Shown here one piece after another: positions 45,237 to 53,385 of a stretch of DNA of 64,000 nucleotides (its first letter is position 1; every line of letters starts with the position of its first letter). A program made the translations under genes and the position numbers. The notes beneath the pieces were generated by a model. It saw only the letters and a program-made list of their open reading frames with translations, was not told where the DNA came from and ran no database searches. Where the stretch lies: positions 12,279 to 76,278 of the forward strand of contig JACRMU010000140.1 of assembly GCA_016219515.1 (NCBI GenBank), in the 5' to 3' direction. Source of the DNA: Deltaproteobacteria bacterium (GTDB lineage Bacteria; Desulfobacterota; Deferrimicrobia; Deferrimicrobiales; Deferrimicrobiaceae).

Positions 45237-46179
45237 GGTCCGGCGTGAAGGCGGGCTTGATGTTTTCCGTAATGGAGAATTCGTAGATGTACCTGTCGGA
45301 AGCGTACCTGTAGCCGAGGGAGGCGAGCGCTGGCCTTTTCTTCAGGGAAGGAAAGGTCAATCCGTCTTGTGGAAGCGGGGAGTCCTGGATGAAATATTGC
45401 CCCACGACGCTGCTGCGCGCCGATAGCGCGGCCTCGAGGGCCAGCGCCCCGTAGCGGTAATCGTCGACCGGGAGCCGGACATAGCCGCGGATGTCTCCCG
45501 CGAAGACCTTGCCTATATTTGCGTGTACCCCGATCCTTTCGCCGAATTTCCCGTCGACCAGAAGCGCGATCCTCTTGTCCGGGCTCCCGTTCCCGTACCC
45601 CTTCCTTGCGCTGCCCGTGGGAAATTCCAGGTCCGCCGCCAGGGCCGCGGCGAATCCGCGGGCGGAGAAGAGGGACCGCTTCACGTGCCCCCTGACATCC
45701 CCCAACCCGATCCGGCCGCTCTCTCCCCGGAGGACCGTCTGTCCGTCTTTCTTCACCTCGAAGAGAAAACGGTTCGCCGACTCCCCGGCTTTCCCCGAAT
45801 CGATTCCGAACGCACGGTGGAACTTGTCGATCCCTTTATCGAGGAAGCCGCTGCCGAACGATCGAAAGGGGATGTCGACGCCCAGCTCGAAGATACCGGA
45901 TACGATTTTCCTGTATCTCAGTTCCAGCTCGGTCACTTCCGTGTCGATGCGGAAGTCGTACCCGTTGTCCGATTCGATGAAATCCACGCTCGAATGCGTC
46001 AGGCCGAGCGACAGGAAGTTCCGGTAGGTCGCGGGTTCCGGGGACGGGGCGTCGAGGACGGCCGCCAGCGGGAAGGAATTTTTCACGTGGAGCGGACCGT
46101 CCAAAGCATGCGAGACGGCTGCGGAGAAAAACCATGCCAGGCCGAAGACCGCCGCGACGGCCGCGCGACTGGTTTTCAT
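45169..46179 (-). CDS. Hypothetical secreted/outer-membrane protein (DUF3187-like?), about 336 aa
   Basis: Signal peptide MKTSRAAVAAVFGLAWFFSAAVSHA. Beta-rich composition with alternating aromatic/hydrophobic pattern. Last gene of the dctPQM-iorAB-paaK string. No recognisable catalytic motif. Confidence 0.45.
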   Translation of the reverse strand: MKTSRAAVAAVFGLAWFFSAAVSHALDGPLHVKNSFPLAAVLDAPSPEPATYRNFLSLGLTHSSVDFIESDNGYDFRIDTEVTELELRYRKIVSGIFELGVDIPFRSFGSGFLDKGIDKFHRAFGIDSGKAGESANRFLFEVKKDGQTVLRGESGRIGLGDVRGHVKRSLFSARGFAAALAADLEFPTGSARKGYGNGSPDKRIALLVDGKFGERIGVHANIGKVFAGDIRGYVRLPVDDYRYGALALEAALSARSSVVGQYFIQDSPLPQDGLTFPSLKKRPALASLGYRYASDRYIYEFSITENIKPAFTPDLMLNVTITRKPSPGTFPSRPGP

Positions 46180-46216
46180 CGGGATCCGATAACTTTTCAA
46201 CAATTAATTTCCGGCT

Positions 46217-47509
46217 TCAATAGCGACGGTTGTCGAAGATCCGCTTCGTCTTCCGTTCGGAACGCGGAAGGGACCCGTACGGGACGATTTCCACGGCGCA
46301 CGAAACCATGAGGTTGCGCTTCATCCCGCCGGCGATCGTGCGCGCGAGGACGGCGTCATACCCCTCGTTCAGCTGGTTGGCCCGCTCCACCTTGACGGTC
46401 ATGTAGTCCTTGCCGTCTTCCCCGTGCTCTATCAGGATCTGGTACTCGCTCCCGACGCCTTCCATTTTCGAAAGCACCTCGTCCGCCTGGCCGGGGTAGA
46501 TGTTGACCCCGCGGAACACGACCATGTCGTCGGACCGCCCCAGGATCTTGTCGTGGCGGGGGAGGATGCACCCGCAGGGGCAACTCCCTTCCACAAGACG
46601 GGTCAGGTCGCGCGAGCGGTACCGGATCAGCGGAACCGCTTCTTTACCCAGCGTGGTGTAGACCATCTCCCCGATCTCCCCCGGTGCGACCGGCGACAGG
46701 GATTCCGGGTCGAGAATCTCCAGGATGTAATAGTCGGCCCAGTAGTGGATCCCCGTCTCGTATCGGCAGGAAAGCCCCGTCCCCGGCCCGTACAGTTCCG
46801 TCAGGCCCGGGATGTCGTACACCTCCTCCACGCCCAGCAGCTCCTTGATCGTGGCGATCATCGCGTCGCTGGTGCGCTCCGCCCCCAGGATGACTTTCCG
46901 CAGATGGATCCTGTCCCGGATCCCGCGGGTGTGGACCTCCTCGGCCATCAGAAGCCCCATCGAGGCGGTGCAGCACAGGACGGTCGTCCGCAGGTCCTGG
47001 AGGAACGTGCACTGGAGGTCCAGGTTTCCCGGTCCCGCGGGGATCGTCATCGCGCCGAACCGCTCGGCTCCCCACTGGAATCCCGCGCCGGCCGTCCAGA
47101 GCCCGTACCCGACGCAGATCTGCACCCGGTCCTCCCGCGAAAGCCCCGCCATTTCGTAGCAGCGGGCGAACATGCAGAGCCAGTCGCCGATGTCCTTCTG
47201 CGTGTCGCACAGGATCTTCCGCTTCCCCGTCGTTCCGGAAGAGGGGTGGATCCGCACGATTTCCTTCGGCTCGACGGAGAGCAGGGGGAGGGGATAGTTG
47301 TCCCGCAGGTCCTCCGCGGCGGTGAAGGGGAGCCGGGAAAGGTCCGCAAGCGTACGGATGTCGCCCGGCGCAACCCCCGCCACATCGAGTCTCTTCCGGT
47401 AGAAAGGGGAATTCCGCCAGGCGTGGGAAACCGTCCACTGCAGCCCCTTGAGCTGGAAGGGCTCCAGCTCCTCCGGGTACGCGTATTTCGGCGGAAACCG
47501 TTTCAGCAT
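46217..47509 (-). CDS. Phenylacetate-CoA ligase family adenylate-forming enzyme (PaaK / coenzyme F390 synthetase-like), 430 aa
   Basis: AMP-binding motif IHPSSGTTGKRK plus PaaK-type C-terminal domain (YRSRDLTRL...CPCGC...). Size typical of PaaK. Confidence 0.75.
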   Translation of the reverse strand: MLKRFPPKYAYPEELEPFQLKGLQWTVSHAWRNSPFYRKRLDVAGVAPGDIRTLADLSRLPFTAAEDLRDNYPLPLLSVEPKEIVRIHPSSGTTGKRKILCDTQKDIGDWLCMFARCYEMAGLSREDRVQICVGYGLWTAGAGFQWGAERFGAMTIPAGPGNLDLQCTFLQDLRTTVLCCTASMGLLMAEEVHTRGIRDRIHLRKVILGAERTSDAMIATIKELLGVEEVYDIPGLTELYGPGTGLSCRYETGIHYWADYYILEILDPESLSPVAPGEIGEMVYTTLGKEAVPLIRYRSRDLTRLVEGSCPCGCILPRHDKILGRSDDMVVFRGVNIYPGQADEVLSKMEGVGSEYQILIEHGEDGKDYMTVKVERANQLNEGYDAVLARTIAGGMKRNLMVSCAVEIVPYGSLPRSERKTKRIFDNRRY

Positions 47510-47568
47510 GGTGCGCGGTACTCCTGCGGTTGTCGGGTGCGCCGTGAAGAAGGCGCCGGGAAAAGACT

Positions 47569-48135
47569 TTAACGCTTTCCGCGGAGGATGCCAAGGTGAA
47601 GAGCCGCGATCGACGCCCGAAGGGCGCTTTCCCTGTCCCCCATCCGTTGGGTCAGCGCGGCCTCGATGTCGTCGGGAGAGCAGAAGAGCCGCCCTCCCCG
47701 GTCCGCCGCTCCCAGGCGCGCGAGGGCGAAGCCCAGCAGAATCAGGTTGGCGGCCTGAAGATTCCCGCTTTCGTGCGCCCGCCCGTCGGCGTCCACCGCA
47801 TGGACGCCCCCGGTTCCCTCCGCCGCCCCGGGCCGTGGGGTGTTCAGCACGATCCAGCCGCCGGGTTTTATGAATTCGCGATGGAGCGGGAGGTTCTCCT
47901 CCTTCAGCACGATCAGCCCGTCGGCCTGCCCCGTCCGGACCAGCGGACCGGCGAAATCTCCCGCCTTCAGGTGGGAAACGACGACGCCTCCGCGCTGGGC
48001 CATCCCGTGGGTTTCCGACGTCAGGACGGATCCTCCCCGCCGGATCGCCGCGTCCGCGAGGAGGCGGGTCACGAACAATACCCCCTGACCGCCCACTCCG
48101 CTCACGACGATCTGCTGCCGAACCTGCCCGCTCAC
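47569..48135 (-). CDS. iorB: Indolepyruvate:ferredoxin oxidoreductase beta subunit IorB, 188 aa
   Basis: GTG start overlapping the iorA stop (GTGA). N-terminus QQIVVSGVGGQGVLFVTRLLADAAIRRGGSVLTSETHGMAQRGGVV is the gamma-domain signature of 2-oxoacid:ferredoxin oxidoreductases. Confidence 0.75.
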   Translation of the reverse strand: MSGQVRQQIVVSGVGGQGVLFVTRLLADAAIRRGGSVLTSETHGMAQRGGVVVSHLKAGDFAGPLVRTGQADGLIVLKEENLPLHREFIKPGGWIVLNTPRPGAAEGTGGVHAVDADGRAHESGNLQAANLILLGFALARLGAADRGGRLFCSPDDIEAALTQRMGDRESALRASIAALHLGILRGKR

Positions 48136-49964
48136 GGGTTCCCTCCTCCCGGATCCTCTTCCACGATCGCGCTCCGGGGACAGACGTGGAGGCAGACGCC
48201 GCATCCCGTGCACTGGAGCGTGTCGACGAATATCCTCTGTCCCCCTTCGTCGTACACGAGAGCGGGGCATTCGAACTGCTCCGTGCAGTGGCGGCAGCCG
48301 TTGCACTCCTCGTTGACGCGGACCTTCCTTCGCGGAGGAAGGCGGTTGGACTGACGCCGGTCCATCACGCAGGGCTCGCGGGCGATGACCACCGCCGGTC
48401 CGCGCTCGTGACTGAATGCGACCGCTTCCTTGAGAAGGCCCGTGAATTCCGGGAGGCGGCTCGGCGTTCCCACCTTGCAGAACCCGACCCCGCAGCCGCG
48501 CACCAGCGATTCCATGTCGACGGCGCCCGTGGGCTCGTTCGCCGCGCCGATGCCGGTGGCAGGAGTGGCCTGGAACCCGGTCATCGCCGTCGTGGAGTTG
48601 TCCAGGATCACGAGCACGAAGCGGGCGCCCTGGACGACGGCGTCGATCAAGGGGGGGACCCCGGCATGATAGAAGGTGGAGTCGCCGATGGTGGCGACGA
48701 TGTCGACCGGTTTTCCCGCCAGCCGGTATGCCTGGTAGAAGCCGGCGGCCTGGCTGACCGCGGCCCCCATGCAAAGGACCGTGTCGACGCCTCCCAGGTT
48801 CAGCCCCAGCGTGTAGCACCCGATGTCGCTCGGGTAGATCCCCTTCGGGGCCGCCTTCTTGATGGCGTAGAAGCTCGAGCGGTGAGGGCATCCTGCGCAC
48901 AGGGTGGGCCGACGCCCCCCGCCCTTCGCCGTCGCGGATTCCTCTTTCACGGGAAGTCCCGCGAACTCCGCGATCAGGCGCTCGACGATTTCCGGGAGGA
49001 GCTCTCCGGCCTCCGGGACCGTCCCGGTCATCCGGCCGCGCACGCGGCGCCGGTCCAGGAGCTGCATTTCGATCACGGCCGCCGTCTCCTCGAGCACCAG
49101 GATCTCCTCGTAGGCGGCGAAGAGATGGGCGATGAAGGCGGTGTGGAGCGGGAAGGGCTGGACCACCCGGTAGATCGGCAGGCGGTCCCACAGGCCGCTT
49201 TCCAGGAGAATTTCCCCCGCGTGCGCCGCGGCGACTCCGGAAGCCACCACCGCCCGCCGCCCCTCGGCATGGGGATTCAGGCGCGCCGGCGCGGTGCGCG
49301 GCCACGCTGCTATCGCGGCGAGTTTTTCCGCAAGCTCCCGGTGGAGTTCGAAGCGGAATGCGGGGGTGGCGGCCCAACGGGCCGGAGATTTCCGGAAGTC
49401 CGCCTCCCGGCGAAGCGGCCGGACCTCCCCGGGAAGGATGTCCTGGCACGCATGGCAGACCCTCGTGGTGGGGCGCAGCATCACGGGGATACGGAAAATT
49501 TCCGAGATCTCGTACCCGATTTCGACCAGTTCCCTGGCGTACGCGGGGGAGGACGGGTCGAGCACGGGGACCTTCGCCATCATCGCCATCAGGCGGCTGT
49601 CCTGCTCGGTCTGGGACGAATGGGGTCCGGGATCGTCGGCGCTGATGACGAGGAACCCGCCCATGACTCCCGTGTAGGCGGCGCTCATCAGGGGATCGGA
49701 GGCGACGTTCAGGCCCACCTGCTTCATGCTCACGGCGGAGCGCAGCCCGGTAAGGCTCGCCGTGTAGGCGATCTCCAGGGCGACCTTCTCGTTCACCGCC
49801 CACTGGATGTGCATCGGGACGCCGCACGCCTTCCTCCACTGGACGGCGGAGGAGAGGATCTCCGACGCCGGCGTCCCGGGATAGGAAGTGGCGACGGAGC
49901 AGCCGCTCTCGACCAGGCCCCGGGCGATCGCCTCGTTGCCCAGCATCAGGACGCGCTCGTTCAT
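48132..49964 (-). CDS. iorA: Indolepyruvate:ferredoxin oxidoreductase alpha subunit IorA (TPP- and 2x[4Fe-4S]-binding), 610 aa
   Basis: MNERVLMLGNEAIARGLVESGCSVATSYPGTPASEI N-terminus. TPP motif GDSTFYHAG. C-terminal ferredoxin-like CNGCRHCTEQFECP ... CTGCGVCLHVCP. Confidence 0.85.
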   Translation of the reverse strand: MNERVLMLGNEAIARGLVESGCSVATSYPGTPASEILSSAVQWRKACGVPMHIQWAVNEKVALEIAYTASLTGLRSAVSMKQVGLNVASDPLMSAAYTGVMGGFLVISADDPGPHSSQTEQDSRLMAMMAKVPVLDPSSPAYARELVEIGYEISEIFRIPVMLRPTTRVCHACQDILPGEVRPLRREADFRKSPARWAATPAFRFELHRELAEKLAAIAAWPRTAPARLNPHAEGRRAVVASGVAAAHAGEILLESGLWDRLPIYRVVQPFPLHTAFIAHLFAAYEEILVLEETAAVIEMQLLDRRRVRGRMTGTVPEAGELLPEIVERLIAEFAGLPVKEESATAKGGGRRPTLCAGCPHRSSFYAIKKAAPKGIYPSDIGCYTLGLNLGGVDTVLCMGAAVSQAAGFYQAYRLAGKPVDIVATIGDSTFYHAGVPPLIDAVVQGARFVLVILDNSTTAMTGFQATPATGIGAANEPTGAVDMESLVRGCGVGFCKVGTPSRLPEFTGLLKEAVAFSHERGPAVVIAREPCVMDRRQSNRLPPRRKVRVNEECNGCRHCTEQFECPALVYDEGGQRIFVDTLQCTGCGVCLHVCPRSAIVEEDPGGGNP

Positions 49965-49980
49965 GGGCTGCCCCGAACGG

Positions 49981-51285
49981 CTACTTCACGAGATCGGACA
50001 GCACCAGCACCGTCCAGTACGGGGAGATCATGAGAATGACGATGGAAATGATGTACGAAGGCATGTAGTAGAAGCTCCCCCGGAAAACGGTGGCCAATGG
50101 TATCCCCGACATCCCGGAGACGACGTAACAGCAGATGCCGATCGGCGGCATGATGGAGCCCATCGTCGTGATGATCGTGATCACCTGGCCGAACCAGATC
50201 GGGTCGTATCCGAGCTGGATGACCAGGGGGTAGAAGATCGGCAGCGAGACGAGCAGGAACGCCAGCGCGTCCATGACGCAGCCGCCGACGATGTAGCAGA
50301 GCAGGATCACCCAGAGCACCATCCACTTGGGCAGCGCCAGCGTCTGGATCCATTCGGCTGTTTCGAAGGGGAGGCGGGTGAGCGTCAGGAACCGGGCGAA
50401 GATCACCGCCCCGGCCACGATCATGAAGACCATGCAGGAGATGCGCAGCGTGTCGGTCATGGAGTCGAGGAACTTCTTCCACGTCAGCTTTCGGCGCGCG
50501 AGGCAGATGACGAATCCCAGGAAGCAGCTGACCGCCGCCGCCTCGGTGGCCGTGACGACCCCCGCGAACAGTGCGTACATGATGATCCCGAACAGCACAA
50601 GGATGTCGATCGCCTCGGGGAGCGCCTTCATCCGCTCCTTCCAGCCGAACCGGGGTCCCGCCGCCCCCCAGTCGGGGTGCATGCGGCAGATCCACACGAC
50701 CGTCCCGAGGATTGCAGCGGTGAGGATGGCGCTCGGGATGACGTTCCCGAAGAAGAGCTTGCCGATCGACTGGCCGGTGTAGAGGCCGTACACCACGAGC
50801 ACGATGGAAGGCGGGATGAGGACGCCGAGCGTGGCCCCCGCGGCGACGGAGCCCGCGTTCAGCATCGGGTGGTACTTGTACTCCTTCATCGCCGGGATGG
50901 CGACGGCGCTCATCGTCGCGGCCGTCGCCGTGTTGGACCCGGAGATCGCCGAGAAGGCCGCAGACGCCATGATCGTCGTCATCGCCAGCCCGCCGCGGTA
51001 GTGGCCGAACCACTTGTACGTCGCGTCGTAGAGGCTGAAATTGTAGCCGGCGTAGTGGACGATCTCGCCGACGAGGATGAACAGGGGAATCACGGTCAGC
51101 CCGTAGTTGGAGAAGATGTTCCACATCTCCGTGCCCACCATGGAGAAGGCTGCGTCGAGGGAGGTCACCAGGGCGATCCCCACGAATCCCACGAGGGCCA
51201 TGGTGAAGGCGGCGGGGATCCGCAGGAAGAACAGGATGAAGAACATGGCGGCGATGCCGTACACGCCGACGACGGGGCCGCTCAC
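49981..51285 (-). CDS. dctM: TRAP transporter large permease subunit (DctM family), 434 aa
   Basis: 12-13 TM protein with typical DctM blocks (GLTVIPLFILVGEIV, AAFSAISGSNTATAATM...). Confidence 0.85.
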   Translation of the reverse strand: MSGPVVGVYGIAAMFFILFFLRIPAAFTMALVGFVGIALVTSLDAAFSMVGTEMWNIFSNYGLTVIPLFILVGEIVHYAGYNFSLYDATYKWFGHYRGGLAMTTIMASAAFSAISGSNTATAATMSAVAIPAMKEYKYHPMLNAGSVAAGATLGVLIPPSIVLVVYGLYTGQSIGKLFFGNVIPSAILTAAILGTVVWICRMHPDWGAAGPRFGWKERMKALPEAIDILVLFGIIMYALFAGVVTATEAAAVSCFLGFVICLARRKLTWKKFLDSMTDTLRISCMVFMIVAGAVIFARFLTLTRLPFETAEWIQTLALPKWMVLWVILLCYIVGGCVMDALAFLLVSLPIFYPLVIQLGYDPIWFGQVITIITTMGSIMPPIGICCYVVSGMSGIPLATVFRGSFYYMPSYIISIVILMISPYWTVLVLSDLVK

Positions 51286-51770
51286 CGGGGGCCTTCCTTT
51301 TTGATCCAGAGGGTCTCGACCAGATCGAGAAACAGCGTCAGCGCGAGGGCGGCGAACCCCAGCGCGGTCAAAAACACGAAGGGGTGGTAGGCGATCTTCA
51401 GCGTCTCCGAGAGTTCGCCCGTCTGCAGCAGCCGTTTCCCGTACACGAAGGTCTGCCAGGAGACGATGGAGAACAGGACGAGCAGGATGGCGAAGCTGAC
51501 GGCGTCGAGGACGCGCTTGACGGGCGCGGGAAACTTCTCCGACAGGATGTCGACGACGATGTGGTCCTTCCGCTTCTGGGTGTAGCCCAGGGCCCCCGCG
51601 GTGACGATCGCCCCCAGGAAGGAAACGATCTCGTAGGTGCCGCTCACCGGGGCCTTGAAGATTCTCAGCGTCACGTTCAGCGTCGCCAGGAGTGTGAGCG
51701 CAAGCAGCGCCACGCCCCCGGCGATCATGAGAAACTTCCGCAGGAGCGCGGAAAGCCGTTCCAGGTCCAT
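51282..51770 (-). CDS. dctQ: TRAP transporter small permease subunit (DctQ family), 162 aa
   Basis: 4-TM 162-aa protein between dctP and dctM. 4-nt overlap with dctM. Confidence 0.8.
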   Translation of the reverse strand: MDLERLSALLRKFLMIAGGVALLALTLLATLNVTLRIFKAPVSGTYEIVSFLGAIVTAGALGYTQKRKDHIVVDILSEKFPAPVKRVLDAVSFAILLVLFSIVSWQTFVYGKRLLQTGELSETLKIAYHPFVFLTALGFAALALTLFLDLVETLWIKKEGPR

Positions 51771-51782
51771 GGAAACCTTACG

Positions 51783-52808
51783 CTACTTCTGCTTCTCGTT
51801 CTTCTTCTTCAGCGCCGTCACGTCGGCGACGATCTGTTTCCCGTTGAGGCCCTGGGCGGAAACGCGCTTCACGTAATCGTCCACCATCGGCTGGAGGAGG
51901 CTCTTCGCGCTTGCCGCGTCCGCCGCCGACAGGTGGAACAGCTGCAGGTTGTGGTTCTTCTTCGACCAATCCAGGGCTTCCGCGACATGGTTGTCCACGT
52001 AGTTCCCGGTCCACATCGCCTGCTCCCGCCGCAGGTCGTCCAGCACCTTCTTCACGTCCGGCGGCAGGGAGTTCCACTTTTCCTTGTTCATGACGACCGC
52101 GAAGGTGACGACGGAGAGGTTGGCGACGGTGGCGTTGGGAGTGTAGGCGGCGAATTTGAAGTCCTTCAGGATTTCCATGGACGACACCATCCCCTTGACG
52201 ACCCCCTTCTGGATCGCCTCCGGCGTTTCGGACTGGGGCATCGCGACCGGTATGCCGCCTAAGCGCTTCACGATCTCGGCGCTCGTCCCCGCCACGCGCA
52301 GTTCCATGCCTTTGAGGTCGGCGAGCGACTTGACCGGCGACTTCGTCATGAAATTCATCGGGGGGCAGGTGAAGAGCGTCAGGATCTTTACCTTCTCGAA
52401 CTCCTTCGGCTTGTACTTCTCGATGAGGTCGTAAAGCGTGAGACTTGCCGCCTTGGCGCTCGTGAAGCCGAGCGGCAGGTCCACCGCCTCGGAAACCGGA
52501 AAACGCCCCGGCTGGTAGCTCATGGCGAAATTTCCGATGTCGGCCAGGCCGGAGATCACCCCGTCGAAGATGTTTTTCGCCGGCAGCAGGGTCCCGCCGG
52601 GAAAGGTCTGCACCTTGACCTTGCCGCCGGTCCGCTTCTCCACTTCCTTCGCCCAATGCTCCATCTGCACGCAGGGGAAGGTCGGGGCGGGGGGGAAGTT
52701 GGCGTACGTGAGCTTGATCGGCTCCGCGGAAAGGGCGGGGGCCGGCGCCAGGATCATCCCGGCGAACAGCAGCGTCAGGGCGAGGGAAAGGATGTGCCTC
52801 GGTCGCAT
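51783..52808 (-). CDS. dctP: TRAP transporter substrate-binding protein (DctP family), 341 aa
   Basis: Signal peptide MRPRHILSLALTLLFAGMILAPAPALSA. DctP-family body (KLTYANFPPAPTFPCVQMEHWAKEVEKRTGGKVKVQTFPGGTL). Confidence 0.85.
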   Translation of the reverse strand: MRPRHILSLALTLLFAGMILAPAPALSAEPIKLTYANFPPAPTFPCVQMEHWAKEVEKRTGGKVKVQTFPGGTLLPAKNIFDGVISGLADIGNFAMSYQPGRFPVSEAVDLPLGFTSAKAASLTLYDLIEKYKPKEFEKVKILTLFTCPPMNFMTKSPVKSLADLKGMELRVAGTSAEIVKRLGGIPVAMPQSETPEAIQKGVVKGMVSSMEILKDFKFAAYTPNATVANLSVVTFAVVMNKEKWNSLPPDVKKVLDDLRREQAMWTGNYVDNHVAEALDWSKKNHNLQLFHLSAADAASAKSLLQPMVDDYVKRVSAQGLNGKQIVADVTALKKKNEKQK

Positions 52809-53100
52809 GGTAAAACCTCCTTATAAAATTTAAAAAATGCCCCTGCCCTGCAGGTCCCTCCCGGATGGCTCCGAACATCGGAGAATGTCCCTGGAGGGAG
52901 GAACGGGGACGCCTGGGAACATGGGGCGGCGCTTGTCGGATGCGCTGGGTTCGGAAATTATGGCCATTTTCTCCAAGGTTTGCAAGAAGGAAGGAATCTT
53001 CGAATTTTCCCTTCCGTCATTCAAACAATGTGCTAAAGATAAAGGAGGGTATTTTCGATAGGAAACATGGATTTGCGCAAGAGGGGGAATCTCCGAACCG

Positions 53101-53385
53101 TTGGAACACAAGGTGAAACCGCTTAGTTTCGATTGGGAAAAGATCTTTTTCTCCATGCCCGAGGCGGTCGCGGTCGTCGACCAGGAGTTCCGGTTTGCCT
53201 GGGTCAACGCCGCAATGGAATCCTTCCTCGGCCTCCCCAAAGAAAAGATCATCGGAGAATCCTGACATTTCCTCATCCATAAGACCAAGGACCCCATCGA
53301 GGGCTGTCTTTTCGAGCGTATAAAGAAAAGCCTGTCCCGGGAGTCGGTCGAGTTCGAGATCCCCGAGAAAAAGACGTGGCTGAAG
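53101..53385 (+). pseudogene. N-terminal PAS-domain segment of the downstream hybrid kinase, interrupted by an in-frame TGA at 53263-53265
   Basis: Frame-1 translation from TTG 53101/GTG 53113/ATG 53155: ...KPLSFDWEKIFFSMPEAVAVVDQEFRFAWVNAAMESFLGLPKEKIIGES*HFLIHKTKDPIEGCLFERIKKSLSRESVEFEIPEKKTWLKVTVDPVVDVDGRLAGAIHYLSDITRIKEA. A complete PAS fold spans the stop and continues in the same frame into the kinase ORF. Confidence 0.45.

Noticed and set aside
53263-53265. Selenocysteine recoding of the in-frame TGA in the PAS domain
   Set aside because: No obvious SECIS-like hairpin immediately downstream. PAS domains are not known selenoproteins. A nonsense mutation or base-call error is more parsimonious. 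Kept as a finding only for the lesion itself.
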